Assembly: GCA_965649825.1 (NCBI GenBank)
Contig: OZ287706.1
Coordinates: 124,001-188,000, forward strand
Direction of reading: 5' to 3'
Length of the DNA: 64,000 nt
Source of the DNA: Penicillus capitatus
Lineage: Eukaryota > Plantae > Chlorophyta
This document shows, one piece after another, positions 27,469-41,000 of the stretch (position 1 is the stretch's first letter; each line of letters opens with the position of its first letter). The notes beneath the pieces are model-generated. The model saw only the letters and a list, made by a program, of their open reading frames with translations. It had not been told where the DNA came from and made no database searches. The position numbers and the translations under genes are program-made.

Positions 27469-28872
27469 TCAAATCTGAGGAGGATAGTGATGTGACGTCT
27501 GCCAATAGTCAAGAGATTGCGGTTGAGATGCCGAACTCGCCGCCGGCAGTTGAGAAACAGCGACCGCTGACGTGGGAAAAGCGGCGAATGCATTGTAGGG
27601 ATGAAATCCGACGTACGGTGCTGTCGCGACTGCTGCGGGCGGCACGCCTCCAAAAGCAAAGGGAGCCGCGAACGTTGCAGGCACCGCCGCGGGCAAGATG
27701 TAAGAAACGGGTGGCGGCGGTCGCTGATCTGCGGTTCTCCATCGCGGACGAGATTTATGTGGACGAGTGGCCGTTGCCCGTGACGCCAATCGTTTGCGGC
27801 TACCTCCGTGACTCCTCCTCTCTCTTCGAGGCCCACGGCGCTGCATCTCCACAACCTCATCCTCGTCACTCTCACTCATGTCCTCGTCACTCTCAGACAT
27901 TTCCTTGCGCAATTCCTACACACAAAAACAATGAGACACGGCGACGACTGCCGAGCAAAGAAGTGACCTGGGTGGACAGATCAATGGCGACGGTAAAACG
28001 CTCTGCGCTATAGACACGTGTTCCGGTTGGGATATCGCTCGCCTGTTGGCTGAGATGAACCAGGTAGTGCGGATGCTCGACAGAGCCGAAGATATCTGCC
28101 ACTTTACCGACCATATGACCCTCCCATGCAAACAGCACCGACCTGAATGCATCCTTCCTTGATCCATCACCATGTTTAGAGATTCAGTGACGGACCCTGT
28201 GTCGAGTGGACGGACGAGGGGATCCGCTTCCACCACGATCTCTTGTCCAATACGATTCCGCACCGTCCCGACGATCGCCAAACTGTCCCCTTCCTCCAGA
28301 TGCACCTCCTCCGTCACTTCACCTGTCTCACACGCTTCTATGCATCCGATTTCGATTGGATAGATAGCCCAACCAGCAGAAGACATATCAATTGCCTCGT
28401 CAGTTGTGTCTTCTTGCATGACGACATCCACCTCCTCGTCCTTCTCTTTCTTCTCCTCAGCCGAGGGATAGAGATGAAGTGTTAGACGAACGGGATGCAT
28501 CGGCGTTATCTCTTTGCAGTCGATCGAGACCTTCACCTGGACATCCTCTGCTGCAGAGGGAATGTCTTCACCTATCATTTCGCTACCGCTCCAGGCACTG
28601 CCACATGCGTCCTCGTCCTCCGAACTCGCTTCCATTTGACATGCGCCGTCCGGTGCGTGGCGTTGCGGCATAGGTGGCAAGGGAGCGGTGAGCCACGTTG
28701 GGGCTGTTGCTGCCGAGGCGGCGACTTCCAAATCGTCCACCGTTTTGAACGTCGAGCTGTCGTTTTGGAGAGCATCTCGCGCGGCCTCGGCGTCTTGACG
28801 TCGCGCCTGAGAGATGGCTCTGACACCGTCGACGTCGTTCGCCGCCGTCGCAGCAAACAACAAATCAGACAT
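27469..28872 (-). CDS. NAF1: H/ACA RNP assembly factor NAF1 (Gar1/Naf1 domain)
   Basis: Acidic N-terminus, then LAIVGTVRNRIGQEIVVEA..PLDTGSV|LFAWEGHMVGKVADIFGSVEHPHYLV, acidic SESDED repeats and a Pro/Ala-rich tail. Confidence 0.8.
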
Positions 28873-28946
28873 CTATCTCACAAAGCACAACCGAATTCCG
28901 TCCGGTTCACAAACATACGGTTCAGACCGTATACACATACGCAAAG

Positions 28947-31893
28947 CTAGAGGCCGAATGCCGGCTTGTAATTCTCTTCCTTAATGTCGACGATCTGCTT
29001 TAGGTCGACGGTCTTCATTTCGAACTCGGCTTCGGCGTAGATCTCCTCTCCGTAGACTTGGCGCATGAACTGCTCCAATTGCCCGGCATAGATCTCGTTG
29101 GCTTCACTCCATGACTTCCATGCATTGACCTGACGATTGCGCGATTCCAGGATCTCTGAATCGGCAGCCATCAACAGAATCTCGTCCTCCGCGTCGTATT
29201 TCTTGGAGTAGGTCTTCAACTGACTCACGATTCTGTTCTTTGTCTCGTCGGAGAGAAGAGAAGGGCGACGGGGACGCCATAGAAACTGAAAGAAGCCATC
29301 CTGCATCTCCCTAACGACATACAGAATCGAACACTCTGCGATGAGATGGATATGGGCAAACAGACTTCATCAAATTGCGTCCCTGAAATGTCCAGATCTG
29401 AAATCCGTTGTCTGTGTCGTGTAACGTGCTGACCATGGTGCACACGTATCGTCCGGAAGGATCCCACCACAGATCCGTCATCAAATAATGATCACCTATC
29501 ACACATTCTCACTCTTTTGTGAGAAATGCCTCACCGACACCTGTGTTCATTGTTTCAAAGAGATCAACATTGAAGAACTCAAGCTGGCCGCCAGGTTCTG
29601 GCCCGACAAAGACAACGCTGCCGCCTTTGGGCGACCAATGCACCGTTTTAACGATCCTGCTATCCAGACTCCCTGCAAAGCCATATCATCTCGCAGATGC
29701 ACCCCGGTGATCACCGTAAGGCCTCACGGACAGTCGACACTTCAGGTTTGCCTTTGTCGTTGACCATAGAGTAGAACGAGATGCTGTATTTTGGACCCGT
29801 GCCATGAACGACAACAAATCTCTTTCCTTGCGGCTCCCAGGCAAAATCAATGATATCATCTGTCTTCTTTGGCAGTTCCAGTACTTCCATAGGAATGTCT
29901 TTCTCCCGAATCCGAAACAGCTCGAAGCCATAGTAGGTGGTCTTCTTCGTTTTGGTATGGCGATTGACGCGAATGGCCAAGAAATCTCCTTGGGGATGCC
30001 AATGAATAAAGATATCTGCACAGACATGAGCCAGCCTTCAGGATGTCTCTCACCGACAGCGCTTCCCTCTTGCCTTTCACATTAAAGAGATTCTTCTGAC
30101 GCAGTTCCTGACGTTCCGGAATTTTCATAAGACTGATCCTGGCAGGCAGATTGCCGCTCTCTCTTTGATAGATGCACATGATGGGATCCGAGGGACTCCA
30201 TTCAAATGCCTGAACGGCTTCCAGCTTCAAAGACTTCTTGTCCAGCAACACCTAGAGACGAGCGCGAGCGCCCAACTGAAGTCGCCGACGTGCAGAGAGG
30301 GAGATGGTGCGCTTGCCATGTCCGGTGTCTCGTAGACACTGATCATTGCCTGTTGGTTCTTGGACGTGCCCAATTTGGCAAAGTACTTGTCATTGCATCC
30401 TCCAGCCCATTTCAGCAGTGGCCACTTCATATCTGACGGCACTGTACAGAAAAACGAATATCCATATGCCGAGCAGATGGGCAATATCTTACCAGGATCG
30501 GCACCATCCTTGCCGACCATAAATTCATTGGGCGCTCCCTGAAAGGTTCTCAACAATGAACCGGTGCGAACATCGAAAACCTGTACAGCCATTGGAGATC
30601 GTCGGTGATGCGATGATTGGCTGATCTTTATGAAGAGTCACTTTGAGAAGGACAAAGGGCTGCCCTTCTCGATCTCTGGCCGTCATGTATGTCATGAGAT
30701 AGCGTTCTCGTGGACTGAAGTCCGTCGCGCGCACCCCTAACATTTCATGCCATCAACAACGACAGCATAGAGTCGCTGATACATACCTGCGTGGGCAAAT
30801 CTCTGAAATCTCTGGAAATCTGGACCACCCCACATGGCAATCCCTTGACGATGGGCTGTTGCCAGATATGTTCCGAACGGAGACCATTGCACAAAACTCT
30901 CTGTCATTTTGCTCTTCTTAAACACCTACACAGCAACATCCAACAGTCGATCTCGTGGCAAATGTACAGCATCTCAGTGAGCTGTCACATCATCGTCCCA
31001 CCTGCAAGGGCTGAGATCTTTTCCCATCCCACCAGTAGATCTCTGTCTCGTCTTTGTAACGGATCACAAACTGATCCAGCGATTTCTTGTCCAACATGTA
31101 GCTGTAGATATTCTCCTATTCGTCCGTCCGTCACATCACACATTCTCTCACACTTTATAAAAATGCAAAAAGTGTGATGGCAGACTTTGGGTTGGTAGGG
31201 AGTGATTTCGAGAGGTACATATTCTTCTGGGACTTTCTGATACCGATCAAAATCATCAAACATACACACAGCAAATGTGTGACTCTTGTCCAAGCGATAG
31301 TTGTGTCCACGTTCTTTCGCTGCAGCTGCCGTCTATCAGCACACATCTCACTCTTTTATCTCACACATCTCACCAAACGCACTTCGGGATCTTCAAACTC
31401 GATAAAGCAATAACCCTTCGTCTTTTGCGTCTTTTCGTCAAACGGCATACAGAACCCACCTGTCCACATCGAGGTATTCCATCTCACTCTTGTGTGAATC
31501 TCACTCACCCTCTCGGACAGACCCCACACTACTGAAGATCTTCTTAATGAGTGACGTCAGTTTCTCAATTTTATCTGGCGCCACAATCGGCAGATGGTCC
31601 ACAACTAAGATCCATACCAGCCCAAAGGCACCACCTCACGGACCATCCCTCCGTGACAGCGACAGCCTACCGATCACGCTTTCGAATCCCGTTTCTTCAG
31701 TGAGATCCGTAACTGCATCTTGACCCTCCTCTTCCACATCCTCATGCAGCTGCTTCTCAAGTTCCGGCGGTAGTTTGATGGTATTCGGGTCGAGGTGTTC
31801 ATCGAAGGGGAAACCCGGCGGCTGATCAGAGAACCGTTTCCGTGCCAAGAGCACAGCACGGTCTATCAAGTCCTCTGAGAGCTCCTCCGACAT
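28947..31893 (-). CDS. eIF3b: Eukaryotic translation initiation factor 3 subunit B
   Basis: RRM region VVDHLPIVAPDKIEKL, WSPFGTYLATAHRQGI, FAWEPQGKRF, WWDPSGRYV and FFQFLWRPRRPSLLS. Confidence 0.95.
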
Positions 31894-32061
31894 GGTCACC
31901 TGCAAAATGTTGTCGTACACAAAATGCGGTACATTCAAACCACGTCGAATTCGATGCGTTTACATGCAAGGTCTTTGCGCAATGGACCTTCTTCACACTC
32001 TCTACAGCCTTCTTATCCGAGTCGCCATCTTTTGTCTCGTTGTCAAGTGAGCAACGGCAAA

Positions 32062-35000
32062 ATGGGAGTGGCTGTGGTAGACGGTACGCTTCTGCAGGTG
32101 GTTTAAAGTTTTGAGACTGTTGGATCGCCTGCTGACGGGACTTGGGAATTATCTCCTTTGTCCTCGTCTGCTGTCGACTCCTTCACTGCATATGCAATGG
32201 AAGTGTCTACAAGGTGATGTGACGGGTGTGAATGGGATGATGATGTAGAGGGGCATGTCTGCAGGATGCCTCTGTATTCAGCATGTGAATGTGGCACCGA
32301 AGGCGCTCGATGCTTTCGATCTTCCCTTTCAATGCCAGTCAGGTTGATTTGACTCTCACTCATTTCAAAAGGTGTGAGAGATATTTCGACAGCATGGATT
32401 GAGAGAATGGATGTGGAAATTCCGTGGTTTTGGTGGCTGAGGGGACGGAAGATCGAGATCACTGTTCACGGATTCGAAGTGAAAGGAGGATATCGACAGT
32501 TTCCGACGGTCACACCTGTCACATCACCTGACGATCTCCAAACATCGATCTCTCTCTAGTTTGTCTCGCCTCAAGATCACGATGCAGCGCTACGTGTCGC
32601 AAAAACGGTGCTGAGAAAGAATCTCTTGCGTGCCGTGGAGCTTGTTCTGTGGGACGATCGCCTCGCCCGTCATGGTCACACCTCTCTCTATCTATCTTCC
32701 GACAAAAAGAGTGAGAATCTGTCTGCAGGCGGTCAGCTACTGAAACCTTTGCGTGATACTCTATTGCATCTCCTGTTCAAGAATTGGACCCTTCAGTTCC
32801 ACAACACCGCTTTTTCTATGAGCCTAGATCGAAACCGCCTGATCGATGCCCCTTCTCAAGCGTCTGTCCTTGAGCTGTCCATTCGCAGATACGAGTGGAA
32901 CTGCTCTGGAGTCGATGACCATGACCAGTTCACTTCAGAATGTCAACTCAATGTACCATCCACCCTATACAGTCAACCATATTCATCCTCTTGTCTTGGT
33001 CCCTGTCTTAGGGCATCTCGTGTACCATTCATACAAAGGACGATGGTGGATCGGATGTGCATTTTCGTATCCTGCACCAGTGGTGTCTACAGGGCTGCCT
33101 TATCTGGAATCGATCGGACGATCCTGAAATCCCTGAGCAGTTTTCTATCAAGATTCGTGCCAATGCACTACTGCTGTCCCTATCGGATGTCACCATCCAG
33201 GCCCTCCTGGAGATGGTCCTGCAATTCTCAGAGTACTACGCCTTTGTGCGTCATCGATGTCGTCGCCCACAAGATGATGTGATGCAAAACCCGGCCGCCT
33301 GGTGGCAACACGCCGGTTACTCCATTGTCCATGAGATCGGACGCGTCTGCAGCATGAAACGTCACATCAATCGATTGGGCGAGAGACGTCAGGTACGTCT
33401 ACAGTACGATCGACTGTACTCCAGATACCGAAGACTCAAACGATGGAACTGGCGATTGGGTGGTCTCTTCTTCGGCATGCAGGAATCGGCCTATCGATCT
33501 CTACAGCTATTAGAGCAGAGGCTCTCCACCGTCGAAGTGGCAGAGTTCCGATGGTGGTCATGGGCACAATACATGAAACATAAGACCAGCGAGATCCTTT
33601 TTGACGAAGTCAAGCTCAAACTCATGGAGATCTACAATCTCCTCGGTGCAGAGAAGGCCGTTTCGGTCTCTCCCCTCCAGTGGATGATCGAGACAGCCGT
33701 GGAGTGTCCCAAAGTATACGGATCCAGTTGATCCAGATGATGTGACTGACGCCTGCTGTGTTGTCGGGTTGGTTCGTTTCAGATAAGTGTGATGCTGGAT
33801 TTGGATGATGCATTTGGATTGCTCGTATCCGTAAGAGATATCGAATTTCGAATGCACAGTGAGGACCTCGACGAGACAAAGATCCAGACATCCGACGGAC
33901 CGTTCGAGATCCAACTCACCTGCGCATCCCTCGAGGTCAACATCCGAGTCATCTCCCAATGATGTGACCCGAGTCGATCTGTGCTGACCCACACGCATAG
34001 GTATTGCACGAGAAGCTCGGACAGAGACGGCCTCACAGTGTGGCATCGAGACCAACGGGTCAGCATGGGAGAGAGAACGAGGAGTGGCTGGTCCGCAGTC
34101 CGCCTCCGTCTCGGTACAGCGGTCCACATGCGTTTCTCAAGTTAACGTATATCGAACCATATATCTCATCCATTCGACCGAAGACACTGGACATCACGGT
34201 GGCGCCCATCGATCTCTCCTACATCGAAAGAGTGATTCTCAAACTAGCGCGTTTTGTTGGCAAGATGACGTTGTGCTGTCATCACGATGCCCATCTCGGC
34301 AGTCCAATGCTGGATCTGCAAATGCGTATTCAGGAGATCGTGGGCGAAGTCGATGCTAATCTGAAACAGGCGGCGCCGATGCATCAACTGGCACTGCAGG
34401 TCTCCATTGGCGATGTGCGCATTATGCTCCCCTGCCGGCGAGGCATCTCATTCGATCGACGCACGGCCAGTGGACACCGTGCTTTCAGACGACTGCGTCA
34501 CATTCGCCGTTCCGGCAGGAAATACCATCTCAATAGTCGCCAACCCTTCCTCGTCGTCGTTCTGAGCGGATTCAGCATGAGTACAGAGATGGATGAGTGG
34601 GAGGAGTCGATGCAGAATACCATCAGTCTAACCGATGCCCTTTCTGCTCGCGAGCAGATGATCGTCAAGGAGGAATCGTGTGAGATTTCGGACGTGGGAT
34701 CGCCGAGGGCAAGTTCCATTTCTGCCATGTCGGCTGAAGATATGGCCGAGGATCTCGCAATGAAAACCAATCGTATCAACTCGCGTCGTCTATCGATGCA
34801 GTTCTCCGTCCAGGCTTTTCTGGGCGATCCCTTCTCCCCTGGCGAAATGACCTTCCATCGGCAAGTGCAGTTGCTCAAGCAGATGACCATCCAAGCCATC
34901 TGCAATTCCTGCGTCCAGAGCAATCTCCTTGAAGAGACCAATCACACCATAAAGGTTACCAATGCCAGAATCTCACTCTTTTCTGTCAACCCGTGTGGTA

Positions 35001-38000
35001 CAGATCCAGTTGCATACGTCGGAATTGGAATGCTATTTCTCGGCCCTGTCGCTTTGTGAGCTCTCCCAAGTGGTGGATAGTTTTACTGAGGTGCAGAGCG
35101 TATTGTCTGAGCTCTATCATGCCTTGATCCATTCCAGAGAGGACGGACATGGGCACGATGCTGATCACAGAGTTGTGCACTCTCACTCTTTTGCGCTGTG
35201 TGTGAGAATCTCTGTTGTGATAGAAATCGAATGCCTCGGTTAGAGATGTCTCCTCGACCATGGAGCTCTCTCTCCGCATTCCGGTTCTCTCCGTGAGTTT
35301 CGCCCAAGTCTTTTCTTTCGACGCAGACGTCACATCACCTCATCTCCGACTGGGTCACATCACCATTCACATGCTCGAAGCAAGCATAACGTCCCAATGG
35401 GTGCCTCTATCTCACCTCCTCCTCTCGACATGTGTCCAGGTCATCACCGTGGCAGAGGATCACAGAACGGAAGTCGATTTCCTGATTCGGAGAATGGAGG
35501 TGGTGTTGGACAACATCCTTGGGCACACGGCATTGCGAGCTGGAGCACCGTCTCTTCCCCTGCCGTTCACGATTCTGAGACCGATGCCCGCCGCTCTGAT
35601 CCCCACACTGATGACGAAGCGTAAGACGAAGCTCAGAACCTTCCAGGCATGGCGAAAATGCGTCAAAGAAAAACAGAAGCGTCGCCTGTCGCGTCCTTGG
35701 GCAGATGAGGGTCTTTTCAATCAGCTTCAGCTGTCGGGTCATGTTCTGATCTCGGAGAATGCCATGTCTGTCTCAGTGATGACGACGTTTCTCGTCCTGT
35801 CTGTGGACAATCAGATGGTGGATGCTTGTGTGGCCTATTATGAGGAGGTCGTCAAATGCAGCGAGCAATTTCATCTGGACATGCAAGAGCTGAGAAAAGA
35901 CGCGATGGGTGTGGGACAGCGACCTGCACTGCCGTTTCAGGAAACGCGGACGTTGCAGCGAAGGGATACCGAAACGGAGCGGCAGAGATTTGTCCTACAT
36001 GGAGATTTTGGCCTTGGCTGCGTTCGTATGTGCTGCAGTGTCGATGGCAAACGGCTCTCGACGATCTCGGCCACCAATGCCAAAGGACGCGTCGAGTATC
36101 AGGGCGGCCAGATGAACTCGCAGCAAGCGACCCTCAGAATCGAAGACACCCTTGTATGGTCCCTCTCTCACTTCTCACACAAATGAGATGATGTGACTGC
36201 TTCGAACGGTGACAGGTGATCGATCATCTGGCTCAGTCGCCGCTCTACAAGATCATCCTGGATGGTAATATTGATGAGAAGAGTGACTGTCTGGACGAGA
36301 CCTGTCAAATCAACATCTCCTATGAATCCAGTGGTGTGACCTCTCTTCGGAGCAGATGATGTCATACGATGCATGGATGGGTGTCTCTAGTGCGTTATTC
36401 CGATGCTCGACCACTGCACATGTCCTCTGTCGATAACCCAGAAGCTTCTGTCATCGATCAAGCCTCCGTCTGTGGCGTACGTTGTCTTTCTGTCGTTTTC
36501 GTGTTTTCTCAGTGATGTGACTGGTAGATGGGGCTGCAGAGTCGAAGTACAATAAAGGCGACGTGTTCTCGAATGCGGATGGTTTTGATCGCACGTTTCA
36601 TCAAAGACCTGGATCACTTTTTCAATTTGGCCGTCTTGCAGTACTTTGCTGAACCGCCTAACCACAGAGGAACAGACAATGCGATGACGTTCACTGTCGA
36701 AGTGGACATCCATCACTACCGTCTCGTCATTCCCCGTTTCTCATGGTCACACGATCTCTACGCCCTCATTGGCACAAAAGTGACCACAGACGATCATGTG
36801 CGAGAAAACAGAGATGGCATTCCTGTAGGCACGTCTTCTGCTGCCAGCATCTCCCAACTTCATTGCACATGTGATGGACTCTTTGACGACGTTGATGCCC
36901 AAGACGACGGCATTGAGCTTTGATGGATTCTGGAAAGACATGCTGGAAATGTTCACCGGTGATCTCGAAACGCATTCGCCGCATCGCCGCCGCCGTCTTG
37001 CCTCTGAATTCGGTGCCGCGAATGATCCCCAGTTTTCATCCCTGCCCGAAGACGCCGGCAGAATTCTGATCCAATTTGAGAAGGCGTATCTGGAATGGTG
37101 TCATCGATTCTCCCCGGACGTCACTCTGAGAAGACGCGTTCTGGACGGCGGCGACATCGCTGTCGTCAAACACGGCATCGACATCGAGGTAACCTTCAAT
37201 AAAGACCCGATCCAAATCCAGAAGCGAGTCATCTGGCTGGCATAGGTCCTCTGTCCCTCCGCGCGTTGTGTCATGGGCGATGCACAGTTTTCATTGCTGA
37301 TGGACGCTATCTCACAGAACTACCAAGAACCAAGCTCGTTTACACAGGAAGAACCCGCTGCTGTTCGACCAGGCCATCCTCTGCCAATGGCATCGTCGCC
37401 GCCAGAGGCACTCGGTATTCTGGACACCGAAGTGCCGACACTCAACGTCCATGTGCACTTCGCCGAATGCGCCTTCCTCTTCGAATCACCCGTTCCGCAC
37501 TCTTCTGACCCCGAGATGCTGTGCAAGGGCAAAAGAGAGGCAGAAATGTTCTTGGACGATGCCACTGTGACCTACAAAACATACGATACAGGATCCAGTC
37601 GAGTACAGATCGTTTCCAAAGGCGTCCTGCTAAACGACGCCCGACGGATCTCTGACGATGGCACCTGTGTGACCGTCCTGACGATCGATCCTGTTCGTAG
37701 CGGAGATGGCAGTCACTTAAACAGAATCGCCTCAGAGACGCAGACCAGGTGGAGAAAAGTGTGGGAGACACTCAGACCTCGTGAAGCCGCTCAGCGTCCA
37801 TCATCTACAGACCACAGTCATGAAGATGCCTTCTCCAGGGCGTCCGGATTCGTGTTCGATTTCATTATCCAGCAGAGGGAAGCATCTGTCGTTTCGGGAC
37901 CAATGGTGATGGAGATGACGTTTCTCGAAGCAGCTGTCGTCTGGCCGTACTTTCGAGATCTCTCGCTCGTTGACAAGATAGCTGAGATCTTTCGACGGCA

Positions 38001-41000
38001 TTACACGCGACCGAGCTGTTTGGCACATCCGGAGAATGCGGACTGCGATGAATGGACCTATATCAATTGCATCTTTAAGCGATCCAAGCTCTTCGTCCCG
38101 CTGTACATAAACCATGTGCTCCGCAATCACAGCCCAAGACAATTCAATCGCTGCATAGCAGGTCAGCCGGCTTCTCACTCTTTCTGTGTGATGAGTGGCG
38201 GTCGCTGTCAGGATTTGAAGGATTTGAGTTTGGATGGGAGAATCTGCGATTTCTGTATTACTGGGGTGGAGATGGCGTGACCCGTACGAAGATCGATCTG
38301 CTCAGTTTTGCCGCCAAGTTGCATGTTGATGCGAAAGAGGAGCCCAAAGAATGTCTCGTGCCATTTGCCGGTAGCGTGGATATCCAGCAGAAGACACCAA
38401 AGATGCATGGAGCAAAAGAAATGACATCGATCACGTTTCGTTTCTCCGATATCTGTCTCGTTGCTCGACTGACCCAAGCCGAGATCATTCGAAACTGTGC
38501 CTGCAAACTGCAGTCCGTCATGGAGAAGGAATATCCGCAGACATCGTCTCCAAGCACAGTGACCTTCCGACCGAGCCAGTTCGACAGTGAGCTGCGGGGA
38601 CGGAGTGTTAAGATCCAATTGGAGGATGATCGCGAATCCTGGCACACAGATATTGTCTGCACAGCTGCGGTGACGGACTGCTCTGCGCATTATCGCATTG
38701 AGCAACGCGCACAGCGCAGTCCCCCTCAGGCCAATGCAAATTTCAGCGGTGCACTACAGGTATGCATCTCTTCTACTGCAAAAGAGTGAGATATCCGTCT
38801 ATGTGAGTGAGAATTGTTATTAGGTGGACTATATGAACAGCGCCTTGGACGCTTTGGATCCTTTTATTGAGAGCTGGCCATTCTCTTTCGAATGCGTGGA
38901 CAATGGTGTTCGCAAATCGCTGACGGTGGTTTCGCCCGATCGCATGAACATTCTGGCAACGCCTGCAGTGATCACGCCTCTGGCAGAGATGATCGCCTTT
39001 GTCAAGAAGTGCTCGACGGCTGGGCCCTTTGCACAGCTGTCAACGTCGAGCACAGCAGAGAGCTATATCGTGCAACAGCAGCTGCAGATGGAGCCATGTG
39101 GAAAATACAGATTGATGAATCTCTCTGGACTGCCGTTGAATTACTGGGTGGAACAGGAAGGAGTGAACCCCACTGAGCGCTTCTCTGTTATGGATGGCGA
39201 AACGATCTATCTAGCCGTGACGCCAGTCGCCAAAGCAGTTTTGCTCCCACATGCCAATACAAGAGTGAGACATAAAGAGTGAGATTTTGGCCTTCTCTAT
39301 GAAATGCATGCACTTCAGGTTCGCACAGAGACGATCTGTATGCTATTTGCTGGAAACTGGAATGCCTTGGAAGATATTGTGGTGGACAAGGTCGGCAAAT
39401 ACGCCTACAAACTGAAGTCGCCGATGGAGAACGCACATGCCCATGTCATTATTGATGTGACCGTCGACGGTTACACCAAAGTGCATCCGCGTCTAAAAGT
39501 GTGAGAGATGATACATCACCAGCCATGTCTTTCTAGGAGATCTCTGTTCACTCAATCTTCAGAGTGCATAACAAGACGGAGATGAAGCTCAAGCTCTTTG
39601 CTAACTTTATCTGGCGGGATGAAACGGAAGGCGATGCGGAAGGCGACGCCAAAGCCAAAGTACAGCGAGAGACAATACCTTCCCGCGGTTACCTCGGTTC
39701 CACAAAGCAATCCTATCTACCCATCAGTGCCAGCTCCCGTGTTATGCTCTACCTCAAAGTGGCTGGATACAGAAAAGCAGAGAAACATGTCATCCGTATT
39801 GAAGGCTCCGGAAAGAAGCTCATGACGCAACAGGGACTCTACACCTGTCCTGCCTACAAGAATAACACTCTGCCCTTCAATTGCTGTCTGGAAGTGCAAG
39901 AGACAGTGGTCAAGATGCAGGATCCGACATTGCATGGCATGCAGACAGAGGTCTGCGAGTACTCCTTGATTTTTTATCCCACGCTGACGATCCAGAACCT
40001 CCTTCCCATTTTCATCGAGGGCGATCTCACACTTTCTCCTTCCGATCCGAACACGCGTCCTATACACGTCGAAGAAGGAGAGGCCGTGCCCGTCCATGAC
40101 TTCGATCTGACGAAGACCGTCAAATGGAAGGCGCATTTTCATGGATTTGAGACCGCTATGCCTCTGGACCTGAAACCGAGTCCCAAAGCCAAGCATCAGA
40201 TGTCGACGGTCGATCGTCGCGTGCGATTTCATCCAACAAACCGTGGCTTCATGTTGGGGAACCATTTCCTGCATCTGAAGCATCTGGAGCTGACGCTCAG
40301 AGAGAGTTACATCGGCATGAGTGGCGCACGGAAGGTCACGCTTTTCTGTCCTTACTGGATTCTGAATAAGACAGAGAAGGAGATTCTGATCAAGGATCGA
40401 AAATCGAATTTTGTTCCGCACGTAACAGCACGACCGCTGACGTTTGAAGACGACTGGTCGCCCGTTTTGTTTAGCACCTCCCGATCGACCGCCTACATCG
40501 CCGTCTCTTACAAATCGTGGTCCAAGACGATCTACCTCAATTCTGTCGGCTTCAAAGATTCTGTTTTCGTTCTGGCGCCGTGTGAGGCAGAGGAGGAAGA
40601 GAACGCAGAGATCGTTTTTCCTCATGGAGTGGTCACGAGAGAACACGTTTTCAAATCCTTTACACAGCTTCTGTCGCCTGGATCCGCGACCGAGGAGAGA
40701 GAACTGCCCAGAACGACGAGCAAGGAGGAGACCATGTCCGAAGACGAAGACAAACTGCCGCCCGTTTTGAAAAGCAGAGGGCCCCGATTCTCGCGACTGG
40801 ATTTTTCGATCTCCGTTCATCTGGGCCCCGGCGACTTCGATCTGGTCAAGGTTTTGAGAATCTGTCCGCGCTATGTCCTCTACAATCATTCGACAGAAAG
40901 ACTGCAGATCGGGCAGAAAGGCACGAAGAGTGATATCTTGATCGATCCAGGAACGCACATCGATTACTACTGGCAGGATTCTGAAGCACCGCAGGAGATC

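Noticed and set aside
27405-28013. 202-aa plus-strand ORF and other overlapping frames
   Set aside because: Antisense to the GC-rich, low-complexity NAF1 3' exon.
39717-40958. 413-aa minus-strand ORF
   Set aside because: Lies wholly antisense to a long VPS13 exon with no recognisable motifs; a shadow ORF. The same applies to 44005-44646.
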